The position numbers and the translations under genes are program-made. A stretch of DNA of 64,000 nucleotides from an uncultured Phycisphaeraceae bacterium (GTDB lineage Bacteria; Planctomycetota; Phycisphaerae; Phycisphaerales; Phycisphaeraceae), in the NCBI GenBank assembly GCA_964426135.1, contig CAYRPN010000018.1, positions 65 through 64,064 on the forward strand, read 5' to 3'. Shown here one piece after another: positions 27,065 to 36,555 of the stretch. The notes beneath the pieces are model-generated. The model did not search any database. It saw only the letters and a program-made list of their open reading frames with translations, and was not told the DNA's origin. The stretch's first letter is position 1; each line of letters starts with the position of its first letter.

Positions 27065-28489
27065 TCACGCATCGAAGAACGTCAAGTAACGTCCTCCGGC
27101 CCCGCCCGCCGCCATGCGCTTGATGAGCAGCGCTAGCTCCAGCGCGTGGTAATCGCCCCACATCGACGATTCGCCGCAGGGAATCTTCCGGCCGCGCGGC
27201 ACGTGATCCCAGCCGTTGGGCCGGTGATAGACGCTGTGCAGGAGCAGGCCCTGGTGATTCTTTTTCGTGGAGAGATACGGCTCGGCGAAAAGCGCGCGGG
27301 CGACCGTGAGGCCTGCCGCGAGATATTTCTTTCCCTTCTCTTTTCCAAGGTGATGGCCCAGGCGGATCAGCCCCTGCGCAGCGATCGCCGCCGCGGACGA
27401 ATCGACCGGCTCGTGATCGTTGAAAGGTTCCGCCGGTCGGTCGCGCCAATCGCCGAGTTTGTAAAGATTCGGCGCGCCGTCGTCCCAGTAGGGAATGCCA
27501 TCGGAAGCGGTGACATGCTGCGTGTAGTGCTCTGCCGTTTCTGCGGCGCAGCGCTCGAAGGTTTTCACAACGGAGGCGCGCGACAAACCGCACGCAGCCA
27601 TGAATGCGGCATCGTCGATCGTGTCGAAGAATTCAAGTTGCTCCGCGTAGCCCAGCATCGCCCACGCCAGGCCGCGCGTCCATGTGGAGAACGGCGAGAA
27701 TCCCTGCTGCGTCGCGCGACAGCGGAAGCTGCCGTCGTTGCGATTGAAGACCGCCTCATGCGCGGTGCGGCCGGGCACGTCGTATTCGTGCGACGAATCG
27801 CCGTGAAACACGACGTACTGACTGGTGCAAAGCCCGTGGAGCACACTGCGTTTCAGGAGGTTCGCGCTCTTGTCGTTCTCGTGCATCAGGACGTGACCAA
27901 GTTGCCACGACAGGCCGAGGCTGCGCGTGGTGCGCATGGTGTCCACGAAAAGCGAGTGCGGGCCGTTGAAGGAATAGATGTAGCCCAGTGCCGTGGCGTA
28001 GGCGGCGTGCGGCGAAGGCTCTTTCACCGCGACGCCGGACCACCGCGCCGCCTGCACCGCGCCGCTCGCCTTCAGCGCCATTTCGTAAAAGCGCAGTTCC
28101 CACGCGTTGTGCTCGATGCGGCCTTCGCGCATCAGGCGGCGCAGGTTGCCGTAGGTGGAGATGTTGTTGAAGCCGTGATCGTGCACACCCATGTGGGTGA
28201 CGTGCGGGGCCATGCGCTCGATGGTGCGCGTGCGTCCCAGTTCGAGCAGCTCGCGGTCATCCGTCGCATCGAAGCACAGCAGCGGGCAGCCGTACTGAAA
28301 ACCTTGCGTCCACTCCGTCCAGCCGCGCGTGGTGTACTTGCCGTTGACGGTGAAGACCGGCGTGCCGCGCTTGGGATCACCGGGGGACCACGTGCGATCG
28401 ATGTCGCGGACTTTCCCCTGCGCCAGTTCAAACAGGCGATCGCATGCGGGCAGCAGGTCGGCGGGTTTGAGAGTCAAGTCAACGCGCAT
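27065..28489 (-). CDS. Glycoside hydrolase family 88-like (unsaturated glucuronyl hydrolase-like) protein
   Basis: Trimmed to the ATG at 28487-28489 (MRVDLTLKP..). ..TRGWTEWTQGFQYG.. and ..VHDHGFNN.. resemble the GH88/GH105 (alpha/alpha)6 signatures. Motif-level call only. Confidence 0.5.
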   Translation of the reverse strand: MRVDLTLKPADLLPACDRLFELAQGKVRDIDRTWSPGDPKRGTPVFTVNGKYTTRGWTEWTQGFQYGCPLLCFDATDDRELLELGRTRTIERMAPHVTHMGVHDHGFNNISTYGNLRRLMREGRIEHNAWELRFYEMALKASGAVQAARWSGVAVKEPSPHAAYATALGYIYSFNGPHSLFVDTMRTTRSLGLSWQLGHVLMHENDKSANLLKRSVLHGLCTSQYVVFHGDSSHEYDVPGRTAHEAVFNRNDGSFRCRATQQGFSPFSTWTRGLAWAMLGYAEQLEFFDTIDDAAFMAACGLSRASVVKTFERCAAETAEHYTQHVTASDGIPYWDDGAPNLYKLGDWRDRPAEPFNDHEPVDSSAAAIAAQGLIRLGHHLGKEKGKKYLAAGLTVARALFAEPYLSTKKNHQGLLLHSVYHRPNGWDHVPRGRKIPCGESSMWGDYHALELALLIKRMAAGGAGGRYLTFFDA

Positions 28490-28510
28490 GCCAACAATGT
28501 ATCGTGCCCA

Positions 28511-28650
28511 TTTAGCCGGCGGGCTTGCCCGCCGAGGGCACACAGAAAGTGACCACCCCTGGCTGCGCCGTAGCGCTTCGTGCGGATGCGAAATCGAAAA
28601 AGAGCCACGCCGCGGCTGGTGGTTCGCGGCGGGCAAGCCCGCCGGCTAAA
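28511..28650. repeat. REP-E palindrome pair (TTTAGCCGGCGGGCTTGCCCGCC ... inverse)
   Basis: Arms at 28511..28533 and 28628..28650. A second pair lies at 35602..35742. Confidence 0.85.
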
Positions 28651-28697
28651 TGAAGAATGCGATGGGCGTCACGGAGTGCCACCGGCGACGGCCGCGT

Positions 28698-29492
28698 TCA
28701 CGCCGCCGCGATGCCCCGGCTGGCGTGAGGCAATTCTCGGAACACCGGCCGCGTCGGGTCCAGCGTGCTGATGCAATACGCCATGCGCTCCGTGTACGCG
28801 CCCAGGTGCCCCACATACCAGCCCGCCAGGCTCGGATGCCGGGACAGGCGGTTGATCTGTTCCATCATCGTCGCCTCAGGTCGGCCGTCGTCGTCGATCG
28901 GCACGCATTGAATCAGCAGAATGCCCGCGCGGTCCGCGGCTTCAAACAGCACGTCCGGTCCCCAATGCCCGCGCACAATCATCAGCGAATCGCCCGCCAC
29001 CGGCAGCAGGTTGCGCTCGTGGATCAGATCGACGGGCACGATCGCCGCGAGCTTGCATTCTTCGCCATTCACCAGCAGCACAGGATCGGCGCGCGATGCG
29101 TGGAAGTCCGGCGGACGCACGCTCGTCAAGCCCACCGTGCCCGACCAGTGATCGCTCACTTCGTCGTCCACCATCAGGCTCACGCCCAGCTTGTACAGCG
29201 GCTGCTCCCCCATGTTCGCCGGCCACCAGCGCCGCGGCTCCACGATCCCCATGCGCACGGAGCCGTGCGTCGCCTTGGGTTTGATCGCCGCGGACTCTTC
29301 GTCGTGGAAGCCATCGTCCGTGTCCACCTCCAGCAGCACGCGCAGTTCCTGCGGCCGCTTCCGTCCGCGCAAAGCAGGCACCGGCGGCGCCACGTCCACC
29401 ATCACCTCGACCACCGCCTGGTCCTTGTCCACATACCGCACCAGCGGACGAACGGAACCGAAACGCGCGAACGAGGGAAGCAGAGCAGTCAT
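28698..29492 (-). CDS. Short GH2 (beta-mannosidase/beta-galactosidase)-like protein, probably truncated or degenerate
   Basis: ..RRWWPANMGEQPLYKL.., ..LLVNGEE.. and ..EAADRAGILLIQ.. resemble the central region of GH2 enzymes. However, it is only 264 aa, with no sugar-binding N-domain or complete TIM barrel. Confidence 0.35.
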   Translation of the reverse strand: MTALLPSFARFGSVRPLVRYVDKDQAVVEVMVDVAPPVPALRGRKRPQELRVLLEVDTDDGFHDEESAAIKPKATHGSVRMGIVEPRRWWPANMGEQPLYKLGVSLMVDDEVSDHWSGTVGLTSVRPPDFHASRADPVLLVNGEECKLAAIVPVDLIHERNLLPVAGDSLMIVRGHWGPDVLFEAADRAGILLIQCVPIDDDGRPEATMMEQINRLSRHPSLAGWYVGHLGAYTERMAYCISTLDPTRPVFRELPHASRGIAAA

Positions 29493-29741
29493 GGCAAGCT
29501 CCTCAAGTCAGATTGTTCCAACTCCAACGCCCTCAAATCCTTCGAGCAGGGCTTCGGCCGGTCGTGCAATTCTACGAGCGGCTTTTTCTAGTCAATCGGG
29601 CCGGCAGCGCTTTTCTCAGTATTTTCCGACACGAACTTATCGGAAGCCGGAGCGCCGCTTTCAAGTTATCGGCTGATACCGCTATGGAGTTGTACGCGGA
29701 TTGCAGGAAATGCAGGGGGAGGCGCGGCGATGGTGCCCGTC

Positions 29742-29874
29742 GTTTAGCGACGGGGCTTGCCCCGCTCGTCCCGGCGCGCGATAGGTGTTTCGTCAGGCCC
29801 CGGTCCGCCGCCATCCGGTTCGCTGGCGGTATCCGTCCGTTGTCCAGAGAACGGGGCAAGCCCCGTCGCTAAAC
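29742..29874. repeat. REP-D palindrome pair (GTTTAGCGACGGGGCTTGCCCCG ... CGGGGCAAGCCCCGTCGCTAAAC)
   Basis: Arms at 29742..29764 and 29852..29874. A second pair lies at 31522..31598, and a variant forms part of the 13617..14019 foldback. Confidence 0.85.
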
Positions 29875-29886
29875 GAGTCATGCCTG

Positions 29887-29950
29887 CGTCTCTCCGTCTC
29901 TCCGTCTCTTCGTCTCTTCGTCTCTTCACCCCTCCGTCCCTTCTTCCACT
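29887..29950. repeat. Tandem 8-nt repeat (CGTCTCTY)n immediately 3' of sdhB
   Basis: Direct reading. It is roughly complementary to the GA-rich array 5' of sdhB (30738..30850). Confidence 0.85.
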
Positions 29951-30735
29951 CACTTCCCCATGAAAAACCGCTTGATCGCGTGCACCGTGGTCTGCCTGCC
30001 GATGGCCGCGATGGCTTCGGTCAGCGGGACTTCCTTCGGGCACACCTTGATGCAGTTCTGGGCGTTGCCGCAGTCGGTGATGCCGCCGGCGCCCATGACC
30101 GCGTCGAGGCGTTCGCCCTTGAGCGTGGCGCCGGTTTCGTGCATGTTGAAATAGAGCGCCTGTCCGAGCACCTGGGCGCCGACGAAATCGTTGTCGAGGG
30201 TGAACTGCGGGCAGGCTTCGAGGCAGCAGCCGCAGGTCATGCAGCGCGACAGGCCGTAGCGGAGCTCCTGCGAATCGGGCGATTCGTTGGGGCCGGCGCC
30301 CAGCGAATGCGTGCCGTCGATGGGGACCCAGCCCTTGATGCGGATCAGGTTGTCGAACATGCGCTGACGATCGACCCACAGATCGCGCACGACGGGGAAC
30401 TTGCTCATCGGCTCCAGCACGATCGGGTTGGCCGCGGTGCCGAAGCCGTCGCGCTCCAGTTCATGCACCAGCGTGGAGCAGCTTTGCCGGGCGCGACCGT
30501 TGATCACCATGGTGCACGCGCCGCACACCTCTTCGAGGCAGTTGCAGTCCCAGACCACCGGCGTGGTGCGCTCGCCGTTGACGGTCACCGGATTGCCGGC
30601 GATGGCGAGCAGGCAACTGATGACGTTCGCCTGCGGCCGGCGCGGCACGTCGAACTCCTGCACGTACGGCGAGCCGTCGGGCTTGTCCCGGCGAGTGATG
30701 CGGAAGCGGACGGTATTGGTCGTGGTGGCGGTCAT
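29950..30735 (-). CDS. sdhB: Succinate dehydrogenase / fumarate reductase iron-sulfur subunit
   Basis: ATG start. 2Fe-2S Cys context (..DCNCLEEVCGACTM..), CMTCGCCLEACP and CGNAQNCIKVCP cluster motifs are present. Confidence 0.9.
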   Translation of the reverse strand: MTATTTNTVRFRITRRDKPDGSPYVQEFDVPRRPQANVISCLLAIAGNPVTVNGERTTPVVWDCNCLEEVCGACTMVINGRARQSCSTLVHELERDGFGTAANPIVLEPMSKFPVVRDLWVDRQRMFDNLIRIKGWVPIDGTHSLGAGPNESPDSQELRYGLSRCMTCGCCLEACPQFTLDNDFVGAQVLGQALYFNMHETGATLKGERLDAVMGAGGITDCGNAQNCIKVCPKEVPLTEAIAAIGRQTTVHAIKRFFMGK

Positions 30736-30737
30736 GG

Positions 30738-30850
30738 GGAAGAGGACAGAGATCAGAGGTCAGAAGACAGAGGTCAGAGGTCAGAAGACAGAAGACAGAA
30801 GTCAGGAGTGAGGAGTGAGGAGTGAGGAGGTAGGAGGTAGGAGTGAGGAA
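30738..30850. repeat. Tandem GA-rich repeats (GAAGACA / GAGGTCA / GGAGTGA units) immediately 5' of sdhB
   Basis: Direct reading. It contains a 23-nt string (30797..30819) identical to one in the ileS leader (22678..22700). Confidence 0.85.
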
Positions 30851-30904
30851 TCGGGTTGTCTTGTCGTTTAGCGCGGGCCCGAAGGGCCCGGCTCGCCGCG
30901 TCCA

Positions 30905-31471
30905 TCACCCCGTCACCGGCCAGCGCACCTCAAACCCCACCTCGACCCGTTGCCGCAGCCAGCGCAGGAACGAGCGCGCTTCGTCCTGGTCGCCGATGTA
31001 GTTCAGGTCCAGGTGCGCCAGCGGTTTTCCATTCACATCGTAGAACCACAAACCCGCGGCGGCATCCGTGTCCTCGCGCCACTGGGCGTCCTTCACATCG
31101 GCGATGCGGAACTGCGAAACGCCGGCGGGCGTGGTGATGCGAAGGCATGGCGCGACTGGGTTGGCGCACTCGCCTGTTGCGACGCCGCCTTGCAGTGGTT
31201 CCGTCACCACCTCGACCTGCCGCCGGCGACCGCGGCGGATGTCGCCGGCGATGGAGACCCAGGTGATCCACGCGGTCAGGCCGATGAGCGCCATCGAGCC
31301 GTAACGCATCGTGGGATTCGACCACTGCAGCACGAGCCAGAACGCGAAGATCGCCGCCATGCCGACCGCGCCGAGCAACCGGGCCCGCACATATTGGCGC
31401 AGGCGCCCCGGCGGCAGCCAGAGGTGGCGCTCGTCGGCGGCGGGTGCGGGTTGGATCGTCGCGGTGTTCAT
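30905..31471 (-). CDS. Hypothetical two-TM membrane protein inserted between sdhA and sdhB
   Basis: ATG start. Two hydrophobic helices (..LLGAVGMAAIFAFWLVLQW.., ..MALIGLTAWITWVSIAG..) precede a soluble C-terminal domain. No family recognised. Confidence 0.5.
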   Translation of the reverse strand: MNTATIQPAPAADERHLWLPPGRLRQYVRARLLGAVGMAAIFAFWLVLQWSNPTMRYGSMALIGLTAWITWVSIAGDIRRGRRRQVEVVTEPLQGGVATGECANPVAPCLRITTPAGVSQFRIADVKDAQWREDTDAAAGLWFYDVNGKPLAHLDLNYIGDQDEARSFLRWLRQRVEVGFEVRWPVTG

Positions 31472-31521
31472 TTCCAGGCGTGTTCGTTCCCGGCGCGTTT
31501 GTTCCCAGTGTGGTCATTCCC

Positions 31522-31598
31522 GTTTAGCGACGGAGCTTGCCCCGTTTCGGACGGGTCACCCTGGAACCAACGGAGCGGGGCAAGCCCCGTCGCTAAAC
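31522..31598. repeat. REP-D palindrome pair
   Basis: GTTTAGCGACGGAGCTTGCCCCG ... CGGGGCAAGCCCCGTCGCTAAAC, directly downstream of the sdhA stop. Confidence 0.85.
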
Positions 31599-31609
31599 AT
31601 CGCAAGCGT

Positions 31610-33613
31610 TCACACCGTCACCGTCTTCTTCTCTTCCTTCTTCGGCCCATCCGTCTTGCCGTAGTTTCGCAGGCGCGGCTGCACCATGATCGCGGGCACC
31701 GGTTCGTAGGCGATCGTCGGCGAGCTGGTCGCCGCGTCGTACCTGGCGATGGTCGTGCGCATGAAGTTGTCGTCGTCGCGTTGCGGGTGGTCCGTGCGGT
31801 AGTGCGAGCCGCGCGATTCCTTGCGGAGGATCGCGCCGTGCAGAATCGCCTCGGCATAAATGAGCATGTCGCCCAGGGCGCGGGTGAAGCTGAGCGTCTG
31901 GTTCGTCCACATGCCGGTGTCGCTGAGCTTGATCTGCCTGTACTGCTGGCGGAGCTTGGCCACAGTGTCGATCGCCTGCTGCAAGCGCGGGCCGCTGCGG
32001 ACGACGGTGGCGGCCTCGGTCATTTCGTCACCCAGTTGTTGGTGAATCTTGTACGGATTCGCTTCGCCGTTGGTGCTGATGAGCGCCTGCATCTTGCTCT
32101 TTTCGCGTTCGACGAAGTGATCGAACAAGCCGGCGGGCGCGTCCGCCGCGCGGCTCTTGACCGTGTCGGTGACGTAATTGACGACGGAAAGACCGCAGAA
32201 CAAGCCGTCGAAAATGCAGTTGAGCAGGGCATTGGCGCCGAGTCGATTGGCGCCGTGATAGTTGTAATTCACTTCACCGAAGGCGTAGAGCCCGGTGATG
32301 TTGGTCATCATGTTGTTGGGCGCGCCGAGTTTCATGCCCACGACCTTCGACATCGGCTCGTCGGTGAACTCGCCCGGCTCAGCGCCGGGGACGCGCGTCT
32401 TGGGGAGATCGCCCGGTTTGAGCGCGCGTTTTTCTTCAGTGAAGGTCGTGTACAGACCGCCCATGGAATAGTGCACGGCTGGGAAGATTTTCATCGGGAC
32501 TTCGACGGGGCTGTCGCCGGTGAATTTCTCGTAGATTTCCAGGATGGCGTGGAGTTTCTTTTTCGTGTCGGCAGGCAGATGGGAGACATCGAGATAGACC
32601 TGCCTGCCGCCGGCAACGCCGAAGCCTTGGACGACGACTTCAAAGATTTCTCGTGTGGCGACATCGCGTGCCACGAGGTTTTTGTACTTCGGATATTTCT
32701 CTTCAAGGAAGTACCAGCGTTCGCTGTCGGGAATCTGCGCGGGCGGCTTGTCGCTGTTTGGGTGCGGCTTCCACTTGCCGTCGGCGCCCTTGATGGCGGG
32801 CACCCAGACCCGGCCGCCTTCGCCGCGGGCGGATTCGCTCATGAGCCTGCACTTGTCTTCGCCGGGGATGGCGGTGGGGTGGACCTGGATCATTTCCGGG
32901 TTGCCCAGCCACGCGCCAGCCTGGTAGCAGCGTGACGCCGCGCCGCCGGTGCAGATCACGGACATGGTGCTCTTGCCGTAGACCATGCCGCACCCGCCGG
33001 TCGCCATGACGACGGCATCGGCGCGGAAGGCCTTGATCTCCATCGTTCGCATGTCCTGGGCGACGATGCCCTTGCACACGGGCGCGCTACCGCCGGGGCC
33101 GTCGGAATCGCTGGTCACCGGCCAGAGGAATTCCCAGAACTCGTACTTCTTCACCTTGCCTTCCGCTTCGTAGCGGCGGACCTGTTCATCCAGTGCGTAG
33201 ATGAGTTGCTGCCCGGTCGAGGCGCCGGCGAAGTGGGTGCGTTTGAAGAGCGAACCGCCGAAGAGGCGCAGATCGCGCTGGCCTTCCCTGGTGCGGTTGA
33301 AGGGCACGCCCATGCGGTCGAGCAGGTCGATGATCTTCGGCGCCCAGTGGCACATCTCGTAGATGGGTGGCTGATGGGCGAGGAAGTCGGCGCCGTAGAT
33401 GGTTTCATCCACGTGCTCCCACTCGGAGTAGCCCTGCTGGCGCGCGACCTCGTTGCAGGCGTTGATGCCGCCCTGGGCGCAGACGCTGTGCGAGCGCTTG
33501 ACGGGCACCATGCTGAAGAGATCGACGGGGGTGCCGGCCTCGGCGATGCGGATGCTGGCAGCGAGGCCCGCGAGGCCGCCGCCGATCACGATGACACGTG
33601 GTTTTTCTGCCAT
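31610..33613 (-). CDS. sdhA: Succinate dehydrogenase / fumarate reductase flavoprotein subunit
   Basis: Trimmed to the ATG at 33611-33613 (MAEKPRVIVIGGGLAGLAA..). ..KRSHSVCAQGGINA.. is the covalent-FAD His context, and full-length SdhA/FrdA similarity is present. Confidence 0.95.
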   Translation of the reverse strand: MAEKPRVIVIGGGLAGLAASIRIAEAGTPVDLFSMVPVKRSHSVCAQGGINACNEVARQQGYSEWEHVDETIYGADFLAHQPPIYEMCHWAPKIIDLLDRMGVPFNRTREGQRDLRLFGGSLFKRTHFAGASTGQQLIYALDEQVRRYEAEGKVKKYEFWEFLWPVTSDSDGPGGSAPVCKGIVAQDMRTMEIKAFRADAVVMATGGCGMVYGKSTMSVICTGGAASRCYQAGAWLGNPEMIQVHPTAIPGEDKCRLMSESARGEGGRVWVPAIKGADGKWKPHPNSDKPPAQIPDSERWYFLEEKYPKYKNLVARDVATREIFEVVVQGFGVAGGRQVYLDVSHLPADTKKKLHAILEIYEKFTGDSPVEVPMKIFPAVHYSMGGLYTTFTEEKRALKPGDLPKTRVPGAEPGEFTDEPMSKVVGMKLGAPNNMMTNITGLYAFGEVNYNYHGANRLGANALLNCIFDGLFCGLSVVNYVTDTVKSRAADAPAGLFDHFVEREKSKMQALISTNGEANPYKIHQQLGDEMTEAATVVRSGPRLQQAIDTVAKLRQQYRQIKLSDTGMWTNQTLSFTRALGDMLIYAEAILHGAILRKESRGSHYRTDHPQRDDDNFMRTTIARYDAATSSPTIAYEPVPAIMVQPRLRNYGKTDGPKKEEKKTVTV

Positions 33614-33637
33614 TTTGACGACACTCAAAAAGCCCGA

Positions 33638-33759
33638 ATTGAACCACAAAGACACAGAGACACGAAGAATAAGCAGAAAGGGAGAATGACGAAACGGACG
33701 TTGTGGCGAGTCGAACTGATTCGCTGTTTTCTTTGTGCCTTTGTGTCTTTGTGGTTCAA
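33638..33759. repeat. 122-bp foldback filling the sdhC-sdhA spacer
   Basis: ATTGAACCACAAAGACACAGAGACAC... at the left end pairs with ...GTGCCTTTGTGTCTTTGTGGTTCAAT at the right end (~26-nt inverted ends). Confidence 0.8.
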
Positions 33760-33769
33760 TCCGGTTTGA

Positions 33770-34597
33770 TCACTTGCTGTTCCATCCGGGCAACACGAAC
33801 TTCAAGACTTCCTTCTGTGCCTCCGTGGTGTCCTTGTTCAGGTCGTACTTCAACGTGCCCACGAGGGCGACGAGCATGAACACGGTCAGCGCCGCGCCCA
33901 GGCCGATGCACACCTGGCCCCAGCGTTTCTGGGCGGTTTTGGTGATGGTCAGGCCCCAGGAAATCGCGGCGGTCCACAAGCCGTTGCACCAGTGGTAGAT
34001 CGCCGCGCTGACGCCGACGAGATAAAACGCGACGATGAGCCAGCTCTTCTGCAGGGCGTAGGCGGTCAGCGGCGTGGTGAGCGGGACCTCGGCGAGCTTG
34101 TGATCGAGGCCCGGCACATCTTCGCCACGCCAGTAGAAGGGCGTGAACCAGCCAAAAATATCCCAACGCCAGCGCAATGTGGCGACGTGGATGAAAATGA
34201 AGATGAGTGCGATCCAGGCGGTCAAGCGCTGCAGCATGTATCGCCTGGCGGACCAGTACGGATAATTCGCCACGTTCTTCACCGGCGACTCGGTGCCCAC
34301 GACCATGTAGACGACGCCCAGAGCCGCGTGAAAAGCGATGGCGCTCCACAGGGCGATCTCGACCCAGAGCAGGGCGGGCATGGAGTGGATGAAATCGACT
34401 TCGTGCTGGAAGTGGTCCGCGCCGCCGGGGCCGTTGGCACTGAAAAAAATCTGCGAATTGGTGAACAGGTGGACGATCACGAACAGGCCGATGGGCACGA
34501 TGCCCGACAGCGAGTGCAGCCGGCGAAGCAGAAAGTGGTGCCGGGTCAGGAACGACTCGGCGGGCGGATGGACGGCGGCGGATGCGTGGTCAGACAC
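33770..34597 (-). CDS. sdhC: Succinate dehydrogenase cytochrome b (b558-type, five-helix) subunit
   Basis: GTG start. A polytopic membrane protein (..HSLSGIVPIGLFVIVHLFTN..) positioned upstream of sdhA. Confidence 0.8.
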   Translation of the reverse strand: MSDHASAAVHPPAESFLTRHHFLLRRLHSLSGIVPIGLFVIVHLFTNSQIFFSANGPGGADHFQHEVDFIHSMPALLWVEIALWSAIAFHAALGVVYMVVGTESPVKNVANYPYWSARRYMLQRLTAWIALIFIFIHVATLRWRWDIFGWFTPFYWRGEDVPGLDHKLAEVPLTTPLTAYALQKSWLIVAFYLVGVSAAIYHWCNGLWTAAISWGLTITKTAQKRWGQVCIGLGAALTVFMLVALVGTLKYDLNKDTTEAQKEVLKFVLPGWNSK

Positions 34598-34640
34598 GGG
34601 GGCCTCGTGGGGATGGCGAAGGATGAAGTCGGGGGTTGTG

Positions 34641-35031
34641 GAATGCCGAATGTCGAATGTCGAATGTCTAATGTCGAATGTCTAATGAATGACGAATGCC
34701 CCAATGTCGAATGACGAATGACGGAATATTCGACGAACGTCCATTCTTGTATCGCAACTCATCGATGGCAGCGGAAACGCCACCGACCTCAACTCCGTCA
34801 TTTGGCATTCGACATTGACCCATTCGTCATTTATCAGGGAACTCTGAATATCCCACGAGGATCGCGCGCCAAGGCGCAAAGCACGCAAAGAGGGAGGCGT
34901 TTCTTTGCGAGCTTTGCGCCTTGGCGCGAGACTGCTTTGGTTTTTCAGAAGTCCCATTAGACATTCCGTCATTCGTCATTGGGTTTTCGTCATTCGTCAT
35001 TCATTCGTCATTTTGATTTCGTCATTTGTCA
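34641..35031. repeat. Compound foldback: (GAATGTC/GAATGAC)n arms vs (GTCATTC)n arms with a central 65-nt hairpin
   Basis: The left array is at 34641..34725. Right arrays are at 34795..34830 and 34955..35031. The central palindrome at 34864..34928 reads CGCGCCAAGGCGCAAAGC..GCTTTGCGCCTTGGCGCG. Confidence 0.8.
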
Positions 35032-35042
35032 TTGCGCCGCGA

Positions 35043-35489
35043 TCACCCGCCCTTGCGCTGCTCGCGCTGGGCGGTGAGAATCTGGATGTACGCCTGGCGC
35101 AGTTCGTAAAGCGTGGAGTTGATCAGTTCGTTTTCCTGCGGCGTGAGGTTGCCCTTGGTCTTGGCTTCGAGCATGCCGAGGATGTCGATGTTGTGCTTGG
35201 CGAGTTCGGGGTGGACGACGCGCTGGCCGGTGCGGGGGTCGGGGAAGGCGCCCAGGAACAGCAGCGCCTGCGACGCCATGGTGGAGACGAGGGTCTCGAA
35301 GCTGGCGGGGGGCAGTTCACGTCCGCCGGCACTGACGCCGGCGGGGCGACTTGAAGTCGCCACGCCTTGGGTGCCGCGCGAGGTTTCGGCGGCCTTGACC
35401 TTTTCCTCTACGCGGTGCTTCTCCGCCTGGAGTTCCGCTTTCCAGTCGTCGTCCACGTGCAGCTTCGGTCCTTGCGGTGCGTCGGGCAT
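35043..35489 (-). CDS. DUF1844 domain protein
   Basis: Trimmed to the ATG at 35487-35489 (MPDAPQGPKL..). ..FETLVSTMASQALLFLG..P.TG......LAKHNIDILGMLEAKTKGNLTPQE..L....LYELRQAY.. matches the DUF1844 pattern as I recall it. Confidence 0.7.
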   Translation of the reverse strand: MPDAPQGPKLHVDDDWKAELQAEKHRVEEKVKAAETSRGTQGVATSSRPAGVSAGGRELPPASFETLVSTMASQALLFLGAFPDPRTGQRVVHPELAKHNIDILGMLEAKTKGNLTPQENELINSTLYELRQAYIQILTAQREQRKGG

Positions 35490-35601
35490 GGTGGCTGTCC
35501 TTTGCGGATTCGCCGCGGTTAGTCGATCGGGGAAGCAAGTATAGTGCCCGCGCGAAATCGGTGCCAAGCGGGGAATCCCCGTGCGGCGATCCGTGTCGAC
35601 A

Positions 35602-35742
35602 TTTAGCCGGCGGGCTTGCCCGCCGTGGGCGCTCGTTCGAGCTTCTTCGCGAGTATTGAACCAGTTGTTCGAAGAGGCGACGAGGGAGAACTGGATGCAA
35701 GCGTTTGCCGACGGTTCGCGGCGGGCAAGCCCGCCGGCTAAA
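35602..35742. repeat. REP-E palindrome pair
   Basis: Same arms as at 28511..28650. Confidence 0.85.
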
Positions 35743-35744
35743 TG

Positions 35745-35835
35745 GTTCAATCTCTTCGTCTCTCCTTCTCTCCGTCTCTCCTTCTCTCCGTCTCTCCTTC
35801 TCTCCGTCTCTCCGTCTCTTCCTCCTTCCCTTCCC
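35745..35835. repeat. Tandem CU-rich repeats (CTCTCCGT/CTCCTT units) in the hisI leader
   Basis: Direct reading. It is followed by TATAAT (35841..35846) and the hisI ATG at 35870. Confidence 0.85.
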
Positions 35836-35869
35836 TCACTTATAATCCGCGCCCCCTGGAGCACCCCCC

Positions 35870-36274
35870 ATGAGCGACAACGCCCGCGAAACCAGCCTGA
35901 CCCTCGACGTGAAGTTCGACGACAAGGGACTCGTGCCCGCCATCGTGCAGAACATCGACACCGGCGAGATCCTGATGGTCGGCTGGATGAACGACGCTGC
36001 GCTGAAGCAAACCCTGGCGACCCGCAAGGCCACGTTCTATTCGCGGAGCCGAAACAAGATGTGGGTCAAGGGCGAGGAGAGCGGCCACATCCAGGAAGTG
36101 GTCGACGCCCGCGTCGACTGCGATCAGGACGTCATCCTCCTCCGCTGCAAGAGCCACGGCCCATGCTGTCACGTGGGCTATCCAAGCTGCTTCTATCGCT
36201 CGGTTGATCCGGCGGGCGGACTCAAAGTGGTCGCAGAAAAGTCCTTTGATCCCAAGTCGGTCTACAAGAAGTGA
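35870..36274 (+). CDS. hisI: Phosphoribosyl-AMP cyclohydrolase
   Basis: ATG start. ..GLVPAIVQ....GE.LM.GWMN..AL..T......FYSRSR...W.KGE.SGH.Q.....R.DCD.D..L.. is the HisI signature, including the C-terminal Cys cluster. Confidence 0.9.
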   Translation: MSDNARETSLTLDVKFDDKGLVPAIVQNIDTGEILMVGWMNDAALKQTLATRKATFYSRSRNKMWVKGEESGHIQEVVDARVDCDQDVILLRCKSHGPCCHVGYPSCFYRSVDPAGGLKVVAEKSFDPKSVYKK

Positions 36275-36555
36275 ATCAAGTTCAGATGGAGTCAAAAACT
36301 GCTCGGCGCGTGCGATTCCACTGGTTTTCCACAATCCGCGGAAAAATCACCCGGCTTGACGACGTCGAGTGACGGTTTGGACGTCATCTCTCAAGTTGTT
36401 TTGAGACAAGGATTTGCGTCGAATGATCGCCTCTCGACAATCGGCGGATCGCACGATTTATAATATCGCTCTCGAAATATTTACAAAATACCATGAATTT
36501 TTGAATTCGCGCGCAGGGGCATTGACAACGAAATCTTTCATGTTATTCTTACACA

